A DNA stretch of 64,000 nucleotides from Candidatus Iainarchaeum sp. (GTDB taxonomy: Archaea; Iainarchaeota; Iainarchaeia; Iainarchaeales; 1-14-0-10-31-34): NCBI GenBank assembly GCA_017609625.1, contig JAFCDN010000001.1, forward strand, positions 3,230 through 67,229. Reading direction: 5' to 3'. The notes below the pieces were generated by a model. That model made no database searches. It was not told the DNA's origin and was given only the letters and a program-made list of their open reading frames with translations. A program made the position numbers and the translations under genes. Position 1 is the stretch's first letter; every line of letters starts with the position of its first letter. Below, one piece after another: positions 1 through 7,426 of this stretch.

Positions 1-63
1 CTCAGTCGGTAGAGCACCGGCCTTTTAAGCCGGGTGTCGAGGGTTCGAGTCCCTTCGGACTCG
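1..63 (+). tRNA. tRNA-Lys(UUU), 5' end truncated by window edge
   Basis: D arm (ctcagtcggtagagc), anticodon stem CCGGC/GCCGG with loop CTTTTAA, T arm GAGGG-TTCGAGT-CCCTT, 3' acceptor strand CGGACTC-G. Confidence 0.93.
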
Positions 64-97
64 TTTCGCGGTTTCGTCCGTGAATAACGAGAAATGT

Positions 98-122
98 CAA
101 GCCATTGCTTTGCAATGGCTTG
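98..122. terminator. Perfect hairpin downstream of tRNA-Lys(UUU), possible terminator or processing signal
   Basis: CAAGCCATTGC-TTT-GCAATGGCTTG inverted repeat followed by a T-rich tract. Confidence 0.45.
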
Positions 123-183
123 TTAATTTTCACTTCTTCTTTCTTAAAAGTTTTGCAGTTTAATTTTTAAAGCACAAATAAAT

Positions 184-256
184 GGGCCCGTAGCTCAGTC
201 GGTAGAGCACATGGCTCTTAACCATGGGGTCGGGGGTTCGAATCCCTTCGGGCTCG
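184..256 (+). tRNA. tRNA-Lys(CUU)
   Basis: Full cloverleaf: GGGCCCG/CGGGCTC acceptor stem (G2:U71), anticodon stem CATGG/CCATG with loop CTCTTAA, TTCGAAT T loop; CCA not encoded. Confidence 0.96.
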
Positions 257-284
257 TAAACTTTTAAGAAAAGTTTAAGCAAAA
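257..284 (+). repeat. REP-like palindrome plus CAAAA tail (dispersed family)
   Basis: TAAACTTTT-AAG-AAAAGTTTA-AG-CAAAA; related copies at about 25068, 25564, 25634, 40681, 44854 and 53625. Confidence 0.6.
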
Positions 285-382
285 TGCGCGGGACAAGCCC
301 GTGCTGTTTCGCTGTTTAAGCACGAGACACTATCTTTGCTTTGCTTGATAGGGCTTTTTTCAGAGGCAGTTAGGTTTGGTTT

Positions 383-1156
383 TTGTTTAAAAACAAAAAA
401 AAACAATGTTTGTTAATGCTGCCTTTAGTAACTTATTCTGATTTAGCTAAGACTTATCCAAAGAATAATAAGCTGAAATTTGATAACAGAGTGAACTCTT
501 GGTTACCTTTATTTCCTTCTCCTGTTTTAGCAGGAATTGTTGCGGATTTGATGGCAGATGGCAACCTTTAAGGCCCTCCCAAATGGAGGTTTGACTATTG
601 TTCAAAACACTCTAAAGAATTGAACAGATTTGGAAACACAGTTTTTTCTGTATTTGGTTTAAAAGGAACAATTCGCCCCGGCACAACTAATAAATACAAC
701 ACTAAAAATTATGGTGTAAACTGCAGGCCTCTTGCAAAAACTTTGTTTTTGATAGGTGTTCCTTATGGAAATAAAGTATTGAAAAAATATTTAATCCCTA
801 ATTGGATTTTAAATGATAAAGATTGTTTTAGATTTTTTATTAGAAGATATTTTGATTGTGAACGTTCTATTGATTTAAAGAAAAAGTCCCTATCAGTTGA
901 GGTTCACAAATCAACAGAACTAATTGAAAACTCATTTGTTTTTCTTAATCAGTTTAAGCAGGGACTTCTCAAGCATTTTGATATAAAAACTATTAATCCA
1001 TTTAAATTGTCTTTGAAAGTGAAAAGAAAGTCAGGAGCGACAGTACAAGCCACAAGAATAAAAATCACAAGAAGAGAAAACATGGAAAAATTTTGTGCCG
1101 AAATAGGTTTTAACAGCAAGCTTAAAATGGAAAAGCTAAAATCAACCATATCTTAA
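383..1156 (+). pseudogene. Free-standing LAGLIDADG homing-endonuclease-like gene with one in-frame TAA (569-571)
   Basis: ORFs 383-571 and 620-1156 are in the same frame and the 16 codons between them are open (GPPKWRFDYCSKHSKE). Motif 1 LAGIVADLMADGNL; motif 2 FIRRYFDCERSI preceded by IPNWI; C-terminal F.AEIGF.SKLK. Likely start is ATG 416. Confidence 0.8.
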
Positions 1157-1195
1157 AAAACTTTCTTCCACCTAATTTTATGAGGTTGAGTCCCT

Positions 1196-1314
1196 GGGAA
1201 TTCTTCTAAGATTATTATTCATTATTGTTTTGGTTGAACCAGTGCGGTAGCTCAGCCTGGGAGAGCACACGGTTGAAGACCGTGGTGTCGTGGGTCCAAA
1301 TCCCACCCGTCCCA
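1196..1314 (+). tRNA. tRNA-Phe(GAA) with a predicted intron at position 4/5
   Basis: Anticodon stem CACGG/CCGTG with loop TTGAAGA; D arm GCTC/GAGC; T stem GTGGG/CCCAC. Joining exon 1 GGGA (1196-1199) to exon 2 (1245-1314) gives acceptor stem GGGACGG/CCGTCCC and discriminator A. Confidence 0.88.
1200..1244 (+). other. 45-nt tRNA intron bounded by a bulge-helix-bulge motif
   Basis: Central helix CTGG (1194-1197)/CCAG (1239-1242); bulges GA^A (1198-1200) and TG^C (1243-1245); inner helix TTC/GAA; outer helix CC/GG. Confidence 0.82.
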
Positions 1315-1378
1315 TTTTTTTCTTTTTAAACATCCTTAGCGTTTTTTAAATTCTTCTCAACTTATTTTGAAAGGTTTT

Positions 1379-2665
1379 ATGAATTCAACCTTAATTATTG
1401 GCTCGCAGTTCGGCGACGAAGGAAAAGGAAAAATCGTTGACTGTTTGGCAGAGAAATCTGACTGTGTTGTAAGGTTCCAGGGAGCAAACAATGCAGGCCA
1501 CACTGTAGTGGTTGACGGAGAAAAATTCAAACTACACCTGCTTCCTTCAGGCGTAGTAAGAAAAAAACGTTCTTTGATTGGAACTGGGGTTTGTATTGAC
1601 CCAAGAGTATTAAAAAAAGAAATTGACGGGTTAAAAGAAAAAGGAATTGAAGTCAATCTTGGAATTGATCCAAGAAGCCAGATAATAATGCCCTGGCATA
1701 ATGTGATTGATGTAGGAAAAGAAGAAGCACTAAAAGAAAAAAACATTGGAACCACAAGAAGAGGAGTTGGCCCGTGCTATGCTGACAGAGCTTCAAGAAT
1801 TGGAATCCGTTTTGATGATTTAGTTGATGAAAACCGGTTCAAAGAAAAACTTGCATTCAATTATTCTTACTATAAAAACATCTGTGAAAACATTTTAGGA
1901 AAAACAATAGAATTTACAGAAGAAGAAGTTTTTCAAGAATACTTTGCTTTAGGAAAAGAATTCAAAAACATGCTTACAGATGTTTCAATTGAAGTAAATC
2001 AATTATTAGACAAAAAAAAGAAAGTATTGTTTGAAGGGGCACAGGGAACTTTATTAGACAATGATTTTGGCACTTATCCTTTTGTTACTTCTTCTCACCC
2101 GATTTCTGGTGCGGCAACAGTTGGGGTGGGGATGTCTCCAAAAAGACTGGAAAGAATTATTGGAATAGTTAAAGCTTATACTACTAGAGTTGGTTCAGGT
2201 CCTTTTCCCACAGAACTGCATGAAAAAGAAGCAGATTTTTTAAGGAATGCAGGCAATGAATTTGGAACAACAACCGGCAGAGCTAGAAGAGTAGGCTGGC
2301 TTGATTTGCCAATGCTTAGAATGGCCCAAAGATTAAATGGTTTTACTGAATTAGGGCTAACAAAATTAGATGTTTTAAGTGGAATAAAAGAATTAAAAAT
2401 AGCAGATTCTTACACTTTAGAAGGAAAAAAAGTTTTAGAATTTCCTTATGCAAACCATTTGGTTCAAAAATGCAAGCCAAACTACAAAGAATTTGATGGC
2501 TTTACTTTAGAAGACAAAGAGAGAGATGAACTCAGAAAAAATGGTTTTGGCGCATTAGACGAAAACGCAAAAAAATACATTTCTTTTATTGAAAAACAAC
2601 TAAAAGTTCCAATAAAAACAGTTTCTTTTGGCGCAGAAAGAAAAGACACTTTAACAAGAGATTAA
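1379..2665 (+). CDS. purA: Adenylosuccinate synthetase (long, bacterial-type)
   Basis: QFGDEGKGK, GANNAGHT, FEGAQG, GTYPFVTSS, EFGTTTGRARRVGWLD. Confidence 0.97.
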   Translation: MNSTLIIGSQFGDEGKGKIVDCLAEKSDCVVRFQGANNAGHTVVVDGEKFKLHLLPSGVVRKKRSLIGTGVCIDPRVLKKEIDGLKEKGIEVNLGIDPRSQIIMPWHNVIDVGKEEALKEKNIGTTRRGVGPCYADRASRIGIRFDDLVDENRFKEKLAFNYSYYKNICENILGKTIEFTEEEVFQEYFALGKEFKNMLTDVSIEVNQLLDKKKKVLFEGAQGTLLDNDFGTYPFVTSSHPISGAATVGVGMSPKRLERIIGIVKAYTTRVGSGPFPTELHEKEADFLRNAGNEFGTTTGRARRVGWLDLPMLRMAQRLNGFTELGLTKLDVLSGIKELKIADSYTLEGKKVLEFPYANHLVQKCKPNYKEFDGFTLEDKERDELRKNGFGALDENAKKYISFIEKQLKVPIKTVSFGAERKDTLTRD

Positions 2666-3999
2666 AATTTTGTTAATTCAACAGCCTTTCCTATATATGT
2701 TTCTGGCTTTAATTTTAAAAGCTTCTTTTTTTCTTTTTCACTCAAAGAACTTTTCTTAATAAATTCTCTCAGCATTTCCAGAGAAAGTTTTTTTCCTCTG
2801 GAAAAATCTTTCAATTTCTCATAAGCATTTTCATCTTTTTCTTTCCTCATCACAGTCTGAATTGCCTCAGTTAAAGTTTCAGGGTGTTTTTTTAAATCTT
2901 CAAGTATTTCTTTTCTGTCTGCATGGATTCTTTTCAGGCCTTTAATACACATTTTTATTCCTAAAATTGAATGAGCAAAAGCTGTTCCATAATTTCTCTT
3001 GACTGTTGAATCTGAAAGGTCGCGCTGCATTCTGGACTTTTGCAAACGAGAACTCAAAAAATACAACAGATTATTTGCTAGTAACAGATTCCCTTCGCTG
3101 TTTTCAAACTGTATTGGGTTGATTTTATGTGGCATTATAGAAGAACCGGTTTCTTTTCCGATCTTTTTCTGTAAAACATAATTTTTGCTTATATACATCC
3201 ACAAATCAGTATCTAAATCAATCACAATATTATTGAGCAAAGCCATTTCATTTAAAATTCTTGAAATATTTTCATGAACAACAATTTGGGTTGTTAAACT
3301 CTTGTGTTCAAATCCAAAGCTTTCGACAAACTCTTTGCTTAATTTTATCCAATTTTTTTCTGGAAAAGCAATCTGCATTGAGTTAAAATTTCCTGAAGCA
3401 GAATTCATTTTTCCAGGCAGTTTTAGTTTTTTCAGGTGCTCTAAACTTTCATTTATTCTAGAATAAAAAACTGCAATTTCTTTTCCAAAAGTTGTGGGAG
3501 AAGCAGGCTGTCCGTGTGTGTGAGCAAGCATTGCAGTTTTCTTTTCTTTAGAGGCAATTTTCTTCAAACTTTTGAGCAACCCAGAACTCTCAGTTATGTA
3601 TAAGTTAAGTCCTTTTTTTAGCTGAATTGAATTAGCTAAGTTATTTACATCTTCTGATGTCAGCCCAAAATGTACAAAACTTTCAGCATTTTTCAATGAA
3701 CTTTTTTCTATTTTTTTTCTTATAAAATATTCTACTGCTTTGACATCATGATTTGTTTTTCTTTCAATCTTTTTTATCTCTTCAAAGTCTTTTTCATTAA
3801 ATTTTTCATAGAGTTTTTCAAGCAGTTTTTTTTCTTTTGAGCTAAACTTTTTAATAACTCCTTTTTTTGATAAAAAAATCAGATACTTTGCTTCAACTTC
3901 TGTACGGAATTTTTGCATTGCATATTCAGAGAAAATTTCCTGCAGTTCAATCAGTTTATTTGAATATCTTCCGTCTATTGGGGAAACAGCTTTATTCAT
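2662..3999 (-). CDS. purB: Adenylosuccinate lyase
   Basis: SPIDGRY, TNHDVKAVEY, HFGLTSED, GSSIMPHKINP, RMQRDLSDSTV. Confidence 0.96.
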   Translation of the reverse strand: MNKAVSPIDGRYSNKLIELQEIFSEYAMQKFRTEVEAKYLIFLSKKGVIKKFSSKEKKLLEKLYEKFNEKDFEEIKKIERKTNHDVKAVEYFIRKKIEKSSLKNAESFVHFGLTSEDVNNLANSIQLKKGLNLYITESSGLLKSLKKIASKEKKTAMLAHTHGQPASPTTFGKEIAVFYSRINESLEHLKKLKLPGKMNSASGNFNSMQIAFPEKNWIKLSKEFVESFGFEHKSLTTQIVVHENISRILNEMALLNNIVIDLDTDLWMYISKNYVLQKKIGKETGSSIMPHKINPIQFENSEGNLLLANNLLYFLSSRLQKSRMQRDLSDSTVKRNYGTAFAHSILGIKMCIKGLKRIHADRKEILEDLKKHPETLTEAIQTVMRKEKDENAYEKLKDFSRGKKLSLEMLREFIKKSSLSEKEKKKLLKLKPETYIGKAVELTKF

Positions 4000-4114
4000 A
4001 AATAATTATGATTTGAATTGTTTTTATTGTTATTGTTTTTCCTTTTTCTAGGCGGATCAATTTAAATTCTTTAACTCCCTCAATTATATTATCTCTCTTA
4101 GAATGGTTTTTTTT

Positions 4115-5539
4115 ATGTGTGGGATAGTTGGAATAATTTCCAAGCAGGATGTTTTACCGGATGTTTTTGTCGGAATGCTTTCTTTACAGCATCGAGGACA
4201 GGATTCTGCAGGAATTATTTCTTACAACGAAAAAATGAACCTTATTAAAGATGAAGGACTTGTTTCTTCTGTTTTCACTGAAAAAGAACTGGAAAAACTT
4301 AAAGCAAATATTGCAATAGGCCATACAAGATATCCTACTGTTGGCTCTGATTTTACTATTGATGCCCAACCTTTTATGGTTTCAAAACCTTATGAAATTG
4401 GAATAGCACACAATGGAAATTTGGTGAACTACGTTGAATTAAGAAAAGAATTAAACCTAAAAAACAATTGTGTAGTTTCTTCTTGTGATGTAGAGGTAAT
4501 TCTTCATGTTTTTGCGCAGGCTCTTCCAGAAGAATTTTCTGTTGAAGCATTATTTGAGGCAGTAAAAAAAGTTTTTGAAAAAGCAAAAGGAGGTTATTCT
4601 GTTTTAATGATAATTAAAGACAAAGGCATGCTTGCTTTTCGTGATCCTCGTGCAATCCGCCCTTTGGTTGTGGCAGAAAAAACAGTTGATGGAGTAGAAT
4701 CAATAGCTTTTTCTTCTGAAAGCCTGCCTTTAACCACAACCGGCTTTAAACTAATTGGAAATATTGAAGCAGGAGAAGCAGTTTTTGTGAATCAAAACCT
4801 TGAAATCACTTCAAAAAAATTAGCAAAAGAAAATCCTGCTCATTGCATGTTTGAATGGGTTTATTTTTCTGCTGCAGAATCAATTTTAGAAAACTTGGAA
4901 GTTTATACTGCAAGAATTAATTTAGGAAGAGAACTGGCTGATGCATGGAAAAAAACAGGATTAAAAGCTGATGTGGTTGTTCCTGTTCCAGACACAAGCA
5001 GAACTGCTGGTTCCAGATTAGCAGAAGAAATAGACTTGCCTTATAGGGAAGGATTAATAAAAAACAGGTATATTGGAAGAACTTTTATTATGGCTTCGCA
5101 AGTTAAAAGGGAAAATTCAGTAAGGCTGAAGTTAAACCCTGTAGAAAGCGAAATAAAAGGAAAAAGAATTTTGTTAGTGGATGACAGCATTGTCCGCGGA
5201 ACCACTTCAAAAAAAATAGTGAAGTTATTAAAGGACCACGGAGCAGAAAAAGTTTATTTCCTTTCAACCTGCCCGCCAATAATTTCTCCTTGTTTTTATG
5301 GAATTGACATGCCTTCAAAAGCAGAATTAATTGCAGCAAGGCTTTCAGTAGAAGAAATAAGAAAAGAAATCGGTGCAGATTATTTATTGTATAATTCAGT
5401 TGATGCATTAAAAAGAGCTTTAGGAATAAAAGATTTATGTTTGGCCTGTCTTACAGGAAAATATCCTGTTTCTGTTCCAAAAGAAACAGAATCAGAATTT
5501 GAGAAAAAAAGAATTGAAGAAAGAAAAGAACACAAATAA
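4115..5539 (+). CDS. purF: Amidophosphoribosyltransferase
   Basis: MCGIVG N-terminus, LQHRGQDSAG, GHTRYPT, LVDDSIVRGTT, PCFYGIDMP, Fe-S cysteines CLAC. Confidence 0.97.
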   Translation: MCGIVGIISKQDVLPDVFVGMLSLQHRGQDSAGIISYNEKMNLIKDEGLVSSVFTEKELEKLKANIAIGHTRYPTVGSDFTIDAQPFMVSKPYEIGIAHNGNLVNYVELRKELNLKNNCVVSSCDVEVILHVFAQALPEEFSVEALFEAVKKVFEKAKGGYSVLMIIKDKGMLAFRDPRAIRPLVVAEKTVDGVESIAFSSESLPLTTTGFKLIGNIEAGEAVFVNQNLEITSKKLAKENPAHCMFEWVYFSAAESILENLEVYTARINLGRELADAWKKTGLKADVVVPVPDTSRTAGSRLAEEIDLPYREGLIKNRYIGRTFIMASQVKRENSVRLKLNPVESEIKGKRILLVDDSIVRGTTSKKIVKLLKDHGAEKVYFLSTCPPIISPCFYGIDMPSKAELIAARLSVEEIRKEIGADYLLYNSVDALKRALGIKDLCLACLTGKYPVSVPKETESEFEKKRIEERKEHK

Positions 5540-5570
5540 AAGAAAAGAAAAAAACAATAGAGGTTTTGAA

Positions 5571-6536
5571 ATGGGTTCAGTTAAAGATTTAGAAATAATA
5601 AAAAAAGCTTCAAAAGATTCTTTTGGTAAAGGAATTTTTTCTTTCACTGACGACTACAGTGTATTTGATTATGGAAAAATGCCTGAAAAAATCCCGTTTA
5701 AAGGAGAATCTCTCTGCAGAATGGCTTCATATAATTTTGAAAAAATTGAAGAACTTGGCCTTGCATCACATTTTGAAGAGTTTATTGAGCCAAATAAAAT
5801 GAAAGTTAAATTAGTTCAGGTAATCTATCCAGACAAACAAAAATTAACAGAAAATGATTCAAATTATTTAATCCCTTTAGAGGTTGTTTTCCGCAACATG
5901 CTTCCAGAAGGTTCTTCTTTGCTTTCCAGATTCAGAAAAGGAGAATCAACATCAGAACAATATGGTTTAGAAAAAATCCCTGAACCAAACCAATTCTTTG
6001 ACAAGCCAATTTTAGAGTTTTTTACTAAACTTGAACCAATTGACAGGCTTTTGACTGAATCTGAAGCACTTGAAATAAGTGCATTAAACCAAAACGAATT
6101 AACCCAAATAAATGATTTTGCATTAAAAGTAAATAATTTTTTGAACAAAAAAGCAGAATCATTAAATTTAGTTCATGCAGACGGAAAAATTGAATTAGCT
6201 TTTTCTCCTGAAAGAAAAATTATTTTGGTTGATGTTTTTGGCACTTTAGATGAAAACAGATTTTTGTTCAATAACATTCATGTAAGCAAGCAGGTTGCAA
6301 GAGATTATTATAATACAACTTCCTGGAAACAGGAATTAACAGATGCAATGAAACAAGGAAAACAAAAAGAAGAATGGCCTGCCCCGCCAGAACTCCCTGT
6401 AAAACTCTTAGAACTCATTTCAGAATTCTACCTCTCAACCGCACAGGAATGGACTGGAGAAAACTTTGCTTCTGCTCGTCCGCTGGAAAAAGTTGTTTTA
6501 GAATATAAAGAGTTAAAAGAGAAAAATAATTGGTAG
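5571..6536 (+). CDS. purC: SAICAR synthetase
   Basis: MGSVKDL start after GAGGT RBS; FTDDYSVFDYG, IPLEVVFRN, FTKLE, HADGKIE, DVFGTLDENR, SKQVARDYY. Confidence 0.92.
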   Translation: MGSVKDLEIIKKASKDSFGKGIFSFTDDYSVFDYGKMPEKIPFKGESLCRMASYNFEKIEELGLASHFEEFIEPNKMKVKLVQVIYPDKQKLTENDSNYLIPLEVVFRNMLPEGSSLLSRFRKGESTSEQYGLEKIPEPNQFFDKPILEFFTKLEPIDRLLTESEALEISALNQNELTQINDFALKVNNFLNKKAESLNLVHADGKIELAFSPERKIILVDVFGTLDENRFLFNNIHVSKQVARDYYNTTSWKQELTDAMKQGKQKEEWPAPPELPVKLLELISEFYLSTAQEWTGENFASARPLEKVVLEYKELKEKNNW

Positions 6537-6893
6537 TTATTTTTTATTTTTTTTTTCTTTAGTTTTGCGTTGTTCTGTTCGTGTTCTAACTCGGCCAGAG
6601 CCGTATTTGTGGATTTTTAGTCTTCGGTCTTTAATAAGAAAACCCTCTTTTCCACCAGGTGTTTCGTAAAGCCCTTCTACTTCTGCAAGATTTCTCTCAG
6701 TGCTAAGAGTCCCTTTCTGGCGCCTTCTGATTGCGCGATTCTTTGCAAGACCAAACAAACCAGCCCCAAAAACAGGCTTGCGTCGTATACGGCTGGCTAG
6801 ACTCCGTATTTTTCTAGCTTGGATATCTGGGGGGTGTCTTCTTCTTTCAGCAGGTTTTCCTTTTCTTGTAACAGGTCTTTTTGCTGTTGCCAT
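6537..6893 (-). CDS. Hypothetical Arg/Lys-rich protein
   Basis: 118-aa ORF with ATG and an upstream TATA-like box; its stop abuts the purC stop; no recognisable domain. Confidence 0.6.
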   Translation of the reverse strand: MATAKRPVTRKGKPAERRRHPPDIQARKIRSLASRIRRKPVFGAGLFGLAKNRAIRRRQKGTLSTERNLAEVEGLYETPGGKEGFLIKDRRLKIHKYGSGRVRTRTEQRKTKEKKNKK

Positions 6894-6964
6894 GTTTTAA
6901 TAATAAACTTAGATTTATTTAAACATTTGCATTCAGTTTATATATTACTTAAAAAAGTGGTTGA

Positions 6965-7345
6965 ATGAAAGTCGCAATTGTAATGGGTTCTGAATCTGAT
7001 AAAAAGATTGCAGAAAAAGCAGAAAAGGTTTTGAAAGAAAACAAGATTCCTTTTACAACTTTTGTTGCTTCTGCGCACAGAAACCCTAAAAAAGTAAAAG
7101 AAATTGCAGGAAAAGATTTTGATGTGTTTATTGCAATAGCAGGTTTAAGTGCTGCACTTCCAGGAGTAATTGCTTCTCATACAAAAAAGCCTGTAATTGG
7201 CGTTCCAGTTTCCTCTAAATTAGGAGGCTTAGATGCCTTGCTGGCTATTGCACAGATGCCTAAAGGAGTGCCGGTTGCCTGTGTAGGCATTGACAATGCA
7301 CAAAACGCTGCTTTTCTTGCAATCCGTATACTAAAATCAAAATGA
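6965..7345 (+). CDS. purE: N5-CAIR mutase / AIR carboxylase
   Basis: [37 protein letters not shown]. Confidence 0.95.
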   Translation: MKVAIVMGSESDKKIAEKAEKVLKENKIPFTTFVASAHRNPKKVKEIAGKDFDVFIAIAGLSAALPGVIASHTKKPVIGVPVSSKLGGLDALLAIAQMPKGVPVACVGIDNAQNAAFLAIRILKSK

Positions 7346-7426
7346 TTTTAATTCCTTTACTCAATAATTATTTATGTTGCAAAGAATATTATCTAATTCT
7401 ATCCTTAATTTTATGGAGGCAGCTAA

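Noticed and set aside
286-304. GGGAC at 290-294 as an alternative tRNA-Phe exon 1, placing the endonuclease inside the intron
   Set aside because: It sits in its own local hairpin and I could not form a BHB between it and the 1239-1247 region.
569-571. Stop-codon reassignment or readthrough at the in-frame TAA
   Set aside because: TAA, TAG and TGA all end conserved genes at expected positions in this window.
1241-1314. tRNA-Phe as a simple pseudogene or integration scar with a mismatched acceptor stem
   Set aside because: A strict BHB whose canonical cuts restore a perfect 7-bp stem explains the mismatches better; no integrase or duplicated tRNA 3' end is seen.
4000-7426. Purine riboswitch or attenuator in the pur/gua intergenic regions
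   Set aside because: The spacers are short and AT-rich with only TATA-like boxes; no aptamer-like stems.
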